Origin: a virus
Virus record (IMG/VR): IMGVR_UViG_3300023179_000039
Location: 45,660 to 109,659 of that record
Reading direction: 5' to 3' (one strand)
DNA length: 64,000 nucleotides
In this document: positions 8,678 to 18,522 of the stretch, piece by piece
How the letters are laid out: each line of letters begins with the position of its first letter
How positions within the stretch are numbered: position 1 is the stretch's first letter
Position numbers and translations under genes: made by a program
Notes under the pieces: generated by a model
Databases searched by the model: none
Seen by the model: only the letters and a program-made list of their open reading frames with translations
What the model was told of the DNA's origin: nothing

Positions 8678-9607
8678 TTATTTAAGACCGGCTAGATAAG
8701 CTCCAACCTTTGATGTCTTAGAAGCAACTACGTTAGCCTTACCCTTAGGGGATGTGGGAGCGCCACCTTTTACGCCACCACCTACTAGAGCATGGCCTTT
8801 TTCACCATCATTACCGACTTTGTCAGTAACTTTACCATCACCAGCACCGTGAGATGTTAAACTCTTTGTTACATCACCGACTTTATTGTCTTTCTTCTGT
8901 AGGCTTTCACCGGCAGAAGCGGGAAGTTCCTTAAGTTCAGTGGCTTCCTTAGCTACATTCCTGGAATTCTCTTCGTTATCTTCGTCGGAATCCTTCTCTT
9001 CATTATCTTCTTCAGCAGCTTCTTCTTCTTCGTTAGATTCTTCGCTACCAGCAGCTTCTTCACCACCAACTTCATCGCTTGTTTCATCAGCTTTATGAGC
9101 TTCTTCACCGGAGAGCAAATCAGCGAGAACGTCATGAAGCTTTTGAGCTACATCGCGAGGTAATGTTAAAGTTACTTCTTCTTCACCACCCTTATCTTCA
9201 CCAGCATCAACGCTAGGAAGACCGAGTGCGGCGATATCGTCCGACTCAGCGTTCTCGGCCTGTCCGGCCATTACATCTTCAAAAAGTTTATCGAATATTG
9301 ATTTGCTCATAAAAGTATTTATTGTTTGTACTTCCGTTTTTTCAAGGTTTTGTGAGAATTTTTTAGGTTCAAAGAAATTTTCTTTTTTAGAAGAATTAGG
9401 ATCAACGATATCTTTATTAAAGCCATCCGCGTTTTCAGGTCCAGAATTCTTAGGGAGAAAAGCTTTCTTATCAGCCGTTGCTTCAACAGGCTTTTTATCA
9501 TCAGCAACCTTAAAAGTGCCCTTAGGAGGAAAGACTGACTTTTTCTCTTCAATAACTTGCTTTTCATAGAAATCACCGAGTGTTACTAGAGTTCTCGCAC
9601 CGTTCAT
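8678..9607 (-). CDS. Low-complexity acidic late protein (possible prohead core/scaffold or internal protein)
   Basis: Glu/Asp-rich centre, basic ends, TAAATA-N6-ATG, own terminator. Confidence 0.65.
   Translation of the reverse strand: MNGARTLVTLGDFYEKQVIEEKKSVFPPKGTFKVADDKKPVEATADKKAFLPKNSGPENADGFNKDIVDPNSSKKENFFEPKKFSQNLEKTEVQTINTFMSKSIFDKLFEDVMAGQAENAESDDIAALGLPSVDAGEDKGGEEEVTLTLPRDVAQKLHDVLADLLSGEEAHKADETSDEVGGEEAAGSEESNEEEEAAEEDNEEKDSDEDNEENSRNVAKEATELKELPASAGESLQKKDNKVGDVTKSLTSHGAGDGKVTDKVGNDGEKGHALVGGGVKGGAPTSPKGKANVVASKTSKVGAYLAGLK
9316..9321 (-). promoter_or_regulatory. Intragenic late promoter
   Basis: TAAATA-N5-ATG in frame at Met100 of the 8678-9607 gene. Confidence 0.55.
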
Positions 9608-9618
9608 ATTAAGTATTT

Positions 9619-12396
9619 ATGTTATATATGCCTAAAAAACAAGAAAGTCAATTTTATTTAGGAAATCAAAATTTACCCACAACAGATGCTGTATTTGATT
9701 ATGAAGCACATCCAGAATGGGTACAAGATATAGCCAGATGTAGAAAAAATATATTATATTTTGCTGAGAACTTCTTCTATATTACCAATCTAGATGAAGG
9801 TAAGATGAAAATTAAACTTCATACTTATCAAAAGCGTATTTTAAGAAGTTTACGAGATAATAGATTTGTATGTTTATTAGCAAGTCGTCAAATTGGTAAA
9901 GCACTTGCTTTAGACACCCCAATACCTACTCCAGCTGGATGGACTACTATGGGTGAATTAAAAGACGGGGACATTGTATTTGGTTTAGATGGTAAAAGAT
10001 GCAAGGTTGCAAAAGCTCATGATATTTTATTAAATAGAAATTGTTATGAAGTGTTGTTTGATAATGGTGAAAAAATAATTGCTGACGAAGATCATTTGTG
10101 GTTAACACAAACTAGAGCCGAAAGACATAAAGAGATACAAGGTAGTAAAAAGACAACTAAAGAAATTTTCAATACTTTATTAACTAAATCTAAAACAAGA
10201 CAAGAACCAAATCATAGAATTCCGGTTTGTTTGAATGGTATAGAAACGAGTAGAAATTTACTACCAATAGATCCTTATGTTCTAGGATTTTGGTTGGGCG
10301 ATGGAGCTTCTGAAGGCGGTACAATAACTGTTGGTAAAAGAGATTTAGATAATGTTATCTCTATTCTTAAAAATAATCAAATGCAGTTTAACAATTTAAT
10401 TGTACATAAATACAATAAAAATGCTTTTACAGTGCGCATTACAACCAGCAAAAACGTAAAGACTGAAAGTTTAAGCACATTATTAAAGGAAAATAATTTA
10501 GTTTTTAACAAACATATACCGCAAGAGTATATGTTAAGTAGCAGAACACAAAGATTATCTTTACTGCAGGGGTTAATAGATAGTGACGGCTATATAACAA
10601 AACATGGTATAGCTCAATTTTATAATACAAATTTAAATTTAGTAAAGCAGGTAAGAGAACTTATTGAAAGTTTAGGATACAAAGTAACTTACAAAGAATT
10701 TATTCCAAAACTCAGAGGTGTTGAATGCAGTAAAGTAGGCACATTGACTTTTACTCCTTATGAAGAGGTATGTCTTTTAGACTTTAAAAAATCTAGACTA
10801 AAGAAAATAACTAAAAAAGAAAACGTTTCTAAATTAAGAGCTCAATGGCATTACATTAAATCTATAACCCCTGTAAAATCTGTGCCCGTTAGATGTATAA
10901 CTGTAGATAATGAAACAGGGACATTTTTATGTGGAAAACAGTTTATTCCAACAAGTAATACTACATTAATGACAATATATGCTTTGTGGATAGCCTGTTT
11001 TTTTGAAGACCAACGTACTCTCATTGTCGCTAATAAAGAGCAAACAGCAATTAATATTTTTAAGAGAGTTCGTTTAGCTTATGAAAAACTACCAAACTAT
11101 CTTAAACCAGGAACCGTAGAATATGGGAAAACATCAATGTCTTTGGGAAACGGGTCTAGTATTGGTATTTCGACGACAAGTAGTGATGCAGGCCGAGGCG
11201 ATAGCTGTAATGTTTTAATTTTGGATGAGTTAGCATTTATTGACAACCATCTTGTTGAGCAATTCTGGAGTTCAGTATACCCAATTATTTCATCGTCCAA
11301 AAAATCTAAAATATTTGTTGCATCAACGCCAAACGGAACCGGTAATCTTTTTCATGAATTATATTCTGGGGCAATAGAGGGTAAAAATGATTGGCATGCT
11401 GAAAAAGTTGATTGGTGGGAGTTTCCCGGGCGTGATGATGTCTGGAAAGAAAAAACAATTAAAACTTTAGGCAGTAGAGAAGTTTTTGATCAAGAATTTG
11501 GTAATGTATTTTTACAAGCCGGAGAAAGTGCCATCGATGAAAAACTTTTTGAAGAAATGAAAACTGAATGTATTGAACCTAATTTTATTTTTGAAGAAGG
11601 AAAATATTTGATGTGGGAAGAGCCCTCACAGGATAAAATTTATGTCGTCGGAGTCGACATAAGCGAAGGCGTAGGAGAAGCTGCAAGTGTTGTTCAAGTT
11701 TTAGATATTACGGATTTGAGAGAAATAAAACAAGTAGCAGTTTATCATGACCGTACAATTAGCCCTTACAATTTTACAACTAAGTTACACGAAATCTTAA
11801 AGCACTGGGGATCACCTCTTGCCATGATAGAAAGAAATAACTGCGGTGCACAGGTTGTCGATCAACTTAAAAATACTATGGGATATGAAAATATAGTTTC
11901 ATATGGAATTAAATCTGGACCGGTTTCGTTTAATAAAATTGGCGTACAAGCCCATACCAACACAAAATATAAAGGTGTAATGAATATGCGGTATTGGATG
12001 TCAGAATTAAAAGTATTAAAAATTAGAGATTTAAAAACGTTAAACGAATTAAAAGGGTTTGTTCGCTATCCTAACGGCACATGGGCGGCTAAACAAGGTT
12101 CAGATAGCTGGGATGATAGAGTAATGAGTCTTATGTGGGGGCTAATGATTTTAGAAAACGGGTTAGTGGAAAAATATTTTGAAATTGTAGAGTTTGATAA
12201 TAATAAAAAACCATTAAAATTAAAATCTTTAGATTATGGAATTAAGTATTTTCTAAACCCTGCATCAATTTATAACAATGAAAAAAATGGCTTAGAAGGG
12301 TTACCACCTTTACCTATAGTAATACAACAACAAGATAATAATGATTTTAATGAAATAGCTGATTTAGAATCACAAGGCTACCGCCGAATTCAATAA
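9619..12396 (+). CDS. gp17: Terminase large subunit (T4 gp17-like) containing an intein; start may be 9628
   Basis: Walker A SRQIGK/TT split by the intein, LILDELAF Walker B, ASTPNG, VGVDISEGVG nuclease motif, DDRVM. Confidence 0.95.
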   Translation: MLYMPKKQESQFYLGNQNLPTTDAVFDYEAHPEWVQDIARCRKNILYFAENFFYITNLDEGKMKIKLHTYQKRILRSLRDNRFVCLLASRQIGKALALDTPIPTPAGWTTMGELKDGDIVFGLDGKRCKVAKAHDILLNRNCYEVLFDNGEKIIADEDHLWLTQTRAERHKEIQGSKKTTKEIFNTLLTKSKTRQEPNHRIPVCLNGIETSRNLLPIDPYVLGFWLGDGASEGGTITVGKRDLDNVISILKNNQMQFNNLIVHKYNKNAFTVRITTSKNVKTESLSTLLKENNLVFNKHIPQEYMLSSRTQRLSLLQGLIDSDGYITKHGIAQFYNTNLNLVKQVRELIESLGYKVTYKEFIPKLRGVECSKVGTLTFTPYEEVCLLDFKKSRLKKITKKENVSKLRAQWHYIKSITPVKSVPVRCITVDNETGTFLCGKQFIPTSNTTLMTIYALWIACFFEDQRTLIVANKEQTAINIFKRVRLAYEKLPNYLKPGTVEYGKTSMSLGNGSSIGISTTSSDAGRGDSCNVLILDELAFIDNHLVEQFWSSVYPIISSSKKSKIFVASTPNGTGNLFHELYSGAIEGKNDWHAEKVDWWEFPGRDDVWKEKTIKTLGSREVFDQEFGNVFLQAGESAIDEKLFEEMKTECIEPNFIFEEGKYLMWEEPSQDKIYVVGVDISEGVGEAASVVQVLDITDLREIKQVAVYHDRTISPYNFTTKLHEILKHWGSPLAMIERNNCGAQVVDQLKNTMGYENIVSYGIKSGPVSFNKIGVQAHTNTKYKGVMNMRYWMSELKVLKIRDLKTLNELKGFVRYPNGTWAAKQGSDSWDDRVMSLMWGLMILENGLVEKYFEIVEFDNNKKPLKLKSLDYGIKYFLNPASIYNNEKNGLEGLPPLPIVIQQQDNNDFNEIADLESQGYRRIQ
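9901..10959 (+). mobile_element. Intein (353 aa) with LAGLIDADG homing endonuclease, class 3 type
   Basis: Starts ALALDTPIPTPAGW; block B ADEDHLW; LGFWLGDG and LQGLIDSDG; block F VRCITV; ends IPTSN before +1 Thr. Confidence 0.92.
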
Positions 12397-12399
12397 ATA
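12394..12399 (+). promoter_or_regulatory. T4-like late promoter (gp3-like)
   Basis: TAAATA-N5-ATG. Confidence 0.7.
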
Positions 12400-12404
12400 T
12401 TTTT

Positions 12405-13067
12405 ATGGCAAACTTAGTTACATACACCCAAAGCCCTTTTAATAAGGCGCGTAAAGACAAATTTTTATTTGTCTTAAATTTACCCCCTTGCTTAAAAGAC
12501 ATCTCTAGAAAAACCGAACGTAGTAATCAAACAGTAATGCCTGATTCTTTACAATTTTCAGTTTTTGGTGCAATCGTACCAGAAGTAACAGTACCTTCTG
12601 TACAATTAAGATATTCCGGTCAAACTTTACACAATTCGAGTCATTCACGCGACCCCTACCCTCCCGTTACAATTAATTTTACTGTTGACAATAGATTTAA
12701 TAATTACTGGATCATTTATAAATGGCTGGACCTTCTTAATAGCGCAAAGTTAAGTTATTATGATGCAAATAATTTGACAAAATCTAATATTAAGGAAACA
12801 CCGGGAAATATTGATCCTCGCGAAAATTCGAATTCTGCTCTAGCTGCTGTTGGCTATGATTATCTTAAGTTTAGAGCTAACTTTTCATTGTTTGCGTTAG
12901 ATGAATATGATAAAAGAATTATTGAATTTATATACAAAGAAGCGTTTCCTACAGCTATAGGAAGTATTAATTTTAACAATAGAGATGCCTCAGAATTAGA
13001 AACTTCTTTTACGTTTGAATATTCTCAGCTGGAAGTATCTCTTATTGAACAGGTAGATAGTTTGTAA
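12405..13067 (+). CDS. Tail completion/tube terminator (T4 gp3-like)
   Basis: VTINFTVDNRFNNYWIIYKWL and AFPT..G.I.F...F.Y tube-fold motifs; located before sheath. Confidence 0.65.
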   Translation: MANLVTYTQSPFNKARKDKFLFVLNLPPCLKDISRKTERSNQTVMPDSLQFSVFGAIVPEVTVPSVQLRYSGQTLHNSSHSRDPYPPVTINFTVDNRFNNYWIIYKWLDLLNSAKLSYYDANNLTKSNIKETPGNIDPRENSNSALAAVGYDYLKFRANFSLFALDEYDKRIIEFIYKEAFPTAIGSINFNNRDASELETSFTFEYSQLEVSLIEQVDSL

Positions 13068-13096
13068 AAAATTAAAAAGTTTTATCCAAAAAGACA

Positions 13097-13102
13097 TAAA
13101 TA
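13097..13102 (+). promoter_or_regulatory. T4-like late promoter (sheath)
   Basis: TAAATA-N6-ATG. Confidence 0.7.
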
Positions 13103-13108
13103 CTTTAT

Positions 13109-15406
13109 ATGGCACGTACAATTCAGTCACCCGGAGTTGAAATTCAAGAAATAGATTTATCGTTGAGAAACGCTGGTGCACCATCTACCGTGGTGTTTGT
13201 TCCAGGATTTGCATCAAAAGGCCCTTCTTCAGAACCTATTAGCGTTACATCGTTATCAGAATTTGAACAGATTTTTGGTCAGCCTACCAACTCCGCTGAA
13301 AGATATTTTTATCACTCTGTAAAAGCTACTCTACAGTCACCTGCAACTCCTATTGTATATCGTCTACCTTACGGTGCCGGTGCAGGAGTAGATACAAGTG
13401 ATGAATACAGTGCTTTGGTATATCCTGTTAAGACCTACTGCCCTTCCACCGGATATGTAGATACAGATTTAACAAAGCCCGATAGCGTTTACTTTTTTGG
13501 AGCTCCTACTCACTTAAAACTTACACAATCAGAATATCTTTCAATCTTAAAGGGCGATGCTTTTAGCTGGGATAGCAATACATACGGCAGAACAACATTT
13601 AATTCTGTAACAGCTCTAAGCGGCGCAGGAATGATAGTTTTAAATAAAGGACAAACAACAATCAATACAAAGTTTGAAGGTGTATATATTGGTGTTATAG
13701 ATAATACAAACCTAAATCCAGCTACACCTTACAATGATGTTAATGCAGTATACAGTGTCAACAAGGAAGACAAATCAATCGAAGGATCAAACTACGTTAC
13801 AATTCCTGAAGTTCGTCTTAACTTTACTCTTTCCGCTGATTCAACAGGCTTACAGGGCAGTGTATCCGAGGTATTAGAAAATATACCTACATTTGATATT
13901 TCTTCAAATCAGTTTGATGATACCGTAACAATCGGCGTCTTTAAGCTCAGACAATCAGTATTCTCACCAGATACAATTGCTCTCGATTTCGTACTACAAG
14001 AAGGTTATACAGCTTCATTCGACGCCAACCGTCAGATTAATAGTACTAATGGCGGACCCGCTGTTAGCTACTTCATGGAAACCGCAGATCAAAATTCTAC
14101 AAATATTACAACCATTATTAACCCTTATATTTCTAATAAGGGTGCAAATACATGGCTAGATGCAAATGGTGTTCCGGTTAAGAAAGTACGTTTTCTTAGC
14201 ACCGGCCTTGCAACGCCTCTAGATGGTGAAACATCAACACAATATTTAGCCCGCGTCGGTGCACCTCAGGCAACAGTACAGAGCTTACTTGCCTCACTAG
14301 GTACAACAAACGCTCTTTACGCTCTAGGTGATTATAATAGTGAAGATCTTTCTACAAAAATCATTGGTAATGTACCAGCTAAGCTTTCGATAGCTACAGA
14401 AAAGATAACAAATTCTGATCTCTATCCTTTAAATCTAACTGTAGAGGCTGGTCTCGGTACAGTGTACGTAAATTCGTTTAACCCTTCAACATACGGTTAT
14501 TTTGATGATAGTGTACCTTATGATCTAGTCAATGAAACCTTAGCTATACAAAATCCTAGCACAACTTCTGATATTGTACAACAATACAACGCAGTAGTTG
14601 CACCGTTTATTAATTTAACGTTAACACGAAAAGATCATATGTTTATCGCTGATGCGATTACTAACATCTTTATACAAGGTGCTAATCTTAAGACATTAGA
14701 TATTCCGGATAACACATTTTCATCTCATATTTACTGGCCCCTAAAGAATCAATTTGCTGGTGTAGATACTAGCTATGCTTGCACATTTGGTAATGTAGCT
14801 AAAGTAGCTGATCCTTCAACAAACCAACAGGTTTGGGTTCCATTCTCTGGATTTGCTGCAGCATCAATGGCTTCAACTGATACTAACTTCCAGCCATGGT
14901 ATGCACCGGCAGGCTTTACCCGTGGTATTATCAATGGCGTAGTAGATATTGGTATGTATCCTAAGCAGAAACAACGCGATCAGCTTTATCGTATTAATAT
15001 TAATCCGGTAACATTCTTCCCTGCAGAAGGGTTTGTAATCTTCGGGCAGAAGACTCTTCAAAAGAAGCCAAGCGCTTTTGATCGTATTAATGTACGTAGA
15101 CTGTTCTTGAATATCGAAACAGCAACTCGCGATACAGTTAAGTTCTTCTTATTTGAGCCAAACACATTGTTTACCCGTACTCAAATTATCAATAGCTTAA
15201 CACCAATCTATGATAATGCTAAAAATACACAAGGTATATATGATTATCTCTTAATTTGCGACGAACGTAATAATACGCCCGAGACTATTGATGATAATAC
15301 AATTGTAATAGATGTCTATATTAAGCCTGTAAGAGCTGCAGAGTATATACTTTGTAACTTCTACTGCACAAGAACTGGTACAAACTTCCAGGAGATTGTA
15401 ACTTAA
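13109..15406 (+). CDS. gp18: Contractile tail sheath protein (gp18)
   Basis: SPGVEIQEIDLS; PWYAPAGFTRG; GQKTL..KPSAFDRINVRRLFL; CDERNNTP. Confidence 0.96.
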   Translation: MARTIQSPGVEIQEIDLSLRNAGAPSTVVFVPGFASKGPSSEPISVTSLSEFEQIFGQPTNSAERYFYHSVKATLQSPATPIVYRLPYGAGAGVDTSDEYSALVYPVKTYCPSTGYVDTDLTKPDSVYFFGAPTHLKLTQSEYLSILKGDAFSWDSNTYGRTTFNSVTALSGAGMIVLNKGQTTINTKFEGVYIGVIDNTNLNPATPYNDVNAVYSVNKEDKSIEGSNYVTIPEVRLNFTLSADSTGLQGSVSEVLENIPTFDISSNQFDDTVTIGVFKLRQSVFSPDTIALDFVLQEGYTASFDANRQINSTNGGPAVSYFMETADQNSTNITTIINPYISNKGANTWLDANGVPVKKVRFLSTGLATPLDGETSTQYLARVGAPQATVQSLLASLGTTNALYALGDYNSEDLSTKIIGNVPAKLSIATEKITNSDLYPLNLTVEAGLGTVYVNSFNPSTYGYFDDSVPYDLVNETLAIQNPSTTSDIVQQYNAVVAPFINLTLTRKDHMFIADAITNIFIQGANLKTLDIPDNTFSSHIYWPLKNQFAGVDTSYACTFGNVAKVADPSTNQQVWVPFSGFAAASMASTDTNFQPWYAPAGFTRGIINGVVDIGMYPKQKQRDQLYRININPVTFFPAEGFVIFGQKTLQKKPSAFDRINVRRLFLNIETATRDTVKFFLFEPNTLFTRTQIINSLTPIYDNAKNTQGIYDYLLICDERNNTPETIDDNTIVIDVYIKPVRAAEYILCNFYCTRTGTNFQEIVT

Positions 15407-15410
15407 TAGA

Positions 15411-15416
15411 TAAATA
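15411..15416 (+). promoter_or_regulatory. T4-like late promoter (tube)
   Basis: TAAATA-N5-ATG. Confidence 0.7.
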
Positions 15417-15421
15417 CTTTT

Positions 15422-15970
15422 ATGGCAGACGTAAATCAATTAATTACAGACTTCTACAGAGTAGCACAAAATCGCGAGTTCGCTCGTGATTATAACTTCA
15501 GAGTATTATCAATTAATACTGGAGGCGCTAGCAACGTAACATTCGATCAAGACGATCTCGTATATGTTAAGACAGCTTCTTTACCTGCCCGTCAAATAAA
15601 AAACGTCGAAGTACCTTACATGGGATTAAACTTTAACCTTCCTGGTAATGCTACGTATCCCGGTTCTGATGCTTATGAAATGGCATTTTATGCTGATGCA
15701 CAGTCTAAAATTCGTCAGAAATTTGAAACATGGTCATTAGATATCTTTAATGACGCTAATTCAACCGGTAACTATTTTGCACCAAAGCAGACAGCTATTA
15801 TTGATTTAGTTCAACTCGATAACCAGCTTAACAAAGTTGCACAGTATCAATTAGTTGGTGTTTCAGTAAGAAATGTTGGCCCGATAAGCTATAACATTGC
15901 TGCTGGCACTGGCGAAACAATTGAATTTACCGCTACAGTTTCTTATCACTATTGGAGAAATATCGGCTAA
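15422..15970 (+). CDS. gp19: Tail tube protein (gp19)
   Basis: 182 aa directly after sheath; KTASLP, VPYMG, QLD, F.ATVSYHYW. Confidence 0.85.
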   Translation: MADVNQLITDFYRVAQNREFARDYNFRVLSINTGGASNVTFDQDDLVYVKTASLPARQIKNVEVPYMGLNFNLPGNATYPGSDAYEMAFYADAQSKIRQKFETWSLDIFNDANSTGNYFAPKQTAIIDLVQLDNQLNKVAQYQLVGVSVRNVGPISYNIAAGTGETIEFTATVSYHYWRNIG

Positions 15971-15994
15971 TAGTGTCGGGTAATAAATAATTAG

Positions 15995-16903
15995 GTGAAT
16001 AACCCGCTCACCGATGCGCTTAATGGTTTAGGTAAAAATTTTACCGGTTTATTTACAGGTACTAATCCGTCTTTTTCTCCTCAAATTACTGATCTGTTTG
16101 GGTTTAATATACCCGGAGTTCCTTTAATTAGTGTACGTGATTATTTCCTCGTACAAATGGAATCTTGGTTTACTTCAATACCAAATTCTACACAATGGAT
16201 AATTGTAATTGATAGATACCCATCATGTTTGAGCACAAGCGTTATTCAAGGTCTTGAGCGTACTGATGGTGCAAAGAAAGGGTTTAATATAGATACTGCT
16301 GCATCGATTTTAAAAAGTTTTCCTTTTCAAAAAATTATAGGTTGCTTGTTTGCACATGAGGTAACTATTCCTACCGAGCAGTTCGAAGTACAAACGGCTA
16401 ATGTTAATAACAACAGAGGATTTTTACCAGGTATTTTAGGTGGTCCGAGGAGTAATGATTTTCCTTCTCTAGTAATAGATTTTCGCGAAACTAACACTTC
16501 ATTTATAGATTTTGTTATAAGACCCTGGGTTATTTTAGCATCACACTTTGGAATGGTTGCACGACCTGGTGACACAGGTAGATCACGTGATCCTAATAAT
16601 GTTAAATGTAATATGACATTACTTAACTATACCCGTACAAGCGCAGGTATTTCAATGGTACCTCGAAAAGCATTTACATTTTTTAATTGTGTGCCTTATC
16701 AAGTCAGTGAACAATCTTATGACTACACAGATGAAAAATTGTTGTCATATCAAACTAGATGGACATATTCGCATTATACAGTAGAGAATAGTTTGTACTT
16801 GCCTATTGGAGACTTAGTGAATAGAATATCTCAAGGTGAAATACCGAGAGTTACAAGCTTCCAAAACGGACTTAGTATTCCTAATCCGGTAAACTTCTTA
16901 TAA
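15995..16903 (+). CDS. Tube-fold baseplate/tail tube initiator (gp54-like)
   Basis: Position after tube; LVIDFRET, FFNCVP tube-like motifs. Confidence 0.5.
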   Translation: MNNPLTDALNGLGKNFTGLFTGTNPSFSPQITDLFGFNIPGVPLISVRDYFLVQMESWFTSIPNSTQWIIVIDRYPSCLSTSVIQGLERTDGAKKGFNIDTAASILKSFPFQKIIGCLFAHEVTIPTEQFEVQTANVNNNRGFLPGILGGPRSNDFPSLVIDFRETNTSFIDFVIRPWVILASHFGMVARPGDTGRSRDPNNVKCNMTLLNYTRTSAGISMVPRKAFTFFNCVPYQVSEQSYDYTDEKLLSYQTRWTYSHYTVENSLYLPIGDLVNRISQGEIPRVTSFQNGLSIPNPVNFL

Positions 16904-17742
16904 TGTCATTTCATTTAAACTTTACATCTCCAACACTAAACAAAAATTTTAAACTTAAAGAACTAAGTTTCTCTCAATATAGGACGCTGAATAAATTTTT
17001 AATTAACAATAACAATAATCATATTTCAGAATATTTAGACATCATACTACACGAATGTCTAGTAGAAAAAAATGAGTTCTTAGATCTTTCAAGTTTTGAT
17101 AAATTTTGCGCATTGTTCTTACTTAGATGTACATGTATTTCTCCAGAAATAGAATTTTTAAAGAATAATTTAAAATCAAAAGCTTCTTTACTACCTTTTT
17201 TACAGAAATGTCTAGATTTTAAAACAGAGTTTTTTGAAACTGTTAAAGTAGATGAAAATATTGAATTAAAATTATCTTTACCGAAAATATTTTTCTTTGA
17301 AACTTATTTCGATGCAATGTATGAATCTATTGATTCTGTATATCACAATGGCAACCTTGTAGAATATAGCAACAAAAAAGAACTAGTAGAGATTTTACCT
17401 GCAGGGGTTCTTAATTCTTTAAAAGAGTTTAGTGAAAAAATTACTGACGCTTTTAAGCCATTAGTTTTAAATATTGGCGTAAACGAAAAAGATCAATTTT
17501 CTTTGACACCTTATAATTTGTCGTTTTTAGAAATTTTAAAAGCACTTTTCTCTGCTAATTTAAAAAACATATTTGAACTGCAATATGTTTTAGTTAGTAA
17601 ATGCAGATACAATCCTGACTATGTTGACAAAAACACATTGGCAGAAAATTTAATTCTACTAAGCGTTTATGAAGAAGAAGTAAAAAAGATTAACGAAGAA
17701 CAGAGCAAATCAATTGATAAACAAAATTTAGGTAATAAATAG
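16903..17742 (+). CDS. Baseplate hub assembly protein (gp26/gp51-like)
   Basis: LSSFDK..LFLLRC..IS motif; C-terminal gp51-like segment; position. Confidence 0.5.
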   Translation: MSFHLNFTSPTLNKNFKLKELSFSQYRTLNKFLINNNNNHISEYLDIILHECLVEKNEFLDLSSFDKFCALFLLRCTCISPEIEFLKNNLKSKASLLPFLQKCLDFKTEFFETVKVDENIELKLSLPKIFFFETYFDAMYESIDSVYHNGNLVEYSNKKELVEILPAGVLNSLKEFSEKITDAFKPLVLNIGVNEKDQFSLTPYNLSFLEILKALFSANLKNIFELQYVLVSKCRYNPDYVDKNTLAENLILLSVYEEEVKKINEEQSKSIDKQNLGNK

Positions 17743-17746
17743 GCTT

Positions 17747-18496
17747 ATGAGTACTTTTAATTCTGCTTTAAGTTCCTTAGAGTCACTCACAAAAATTTAC
17801 GATATATTTGTACCTTCTCTTAACAAGACTGTCAAATTTAAAGGATTAACTACCAAGCAACAGAAAGAAGCTGTAAAAACCGCTCTAGATAAAAATATAA
17901 CAGGAATTACTTTTTCAAACCTTTTAAATCAGGTTATTATAGAAAATTCTACAGAAAAAAACAAATATCTTCTTTCTGATAGGAGTTATATTGTTACTGC
18001 ACTTCGTGTTACTTCTCTATCTAAAACCTTTACGGTAGATGAAACGGTTGTAGACCTTTCTTTTGTAAGTAACAATAAATTCGCTTTACCTGAGGATTTA
18101 AAAACAAAGGAAATAGTAGATGATAATGTAAAGATATCTGTTTCTATCCCAACCCTAGAAAAAGACACTTACGTTAATAATGAAACTCGTAAGAAATTAG
18201 CAGTACTTCCAGATAATGATAGTTTTGCCAAAGAGTCTATCGGTGAGGTTTTTGTTAATGAATTAGTAAAGTATATCGACTCTTTGACAATAATAGACGG
18301 TCAGCAGCCAACGACTATTGTTTTTAATGAACTAACTTTTGAACAAAAACTTCAAGTTGTAGAAAGCTTGCCTCTTAATATTAATACAAAGCTTGTAGAT
18401 TATATAAATTCAGTAAAACTGTTTGAAAAGAAATACTTTACAGATAACGGTAATACTGTAGATTTTGAGTTAGACCCCACACTTTTTACTGTCTAA
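17747..18496 (+). CDS. Baseplate hub assembly chaperone (gp26-like)
   Basis: VPSLNKTVKFKGLTTKQQK, DRSYI..ALR..S motifs. Confidence 0.6.
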   Translation: MSTFNSALSSLESLTKIYDIFVPSLNKTVKFKGLTTKQQKEAVKTALDKNITGITFSNLLNQVIIENSTEKNKYLLSDRSYIVTALRVTSLSKTFTVDETVVDLSFVSNNKFALPEDLKTKEIVDDNVKISVSIPTLEKDTYVNNETRKKLAVLPDNDSFAKESIGEVFVNELVKYIDSLTIIDGQQPTTIVFNELTFEQKLQVVESLPLNINTKLVDYINSVKLFEKKYFTDNGNTVDFELDPTLFTV

Positions 18497-18522
18497 TTTA
18501 GTTAAATAATTAAATATTATTA

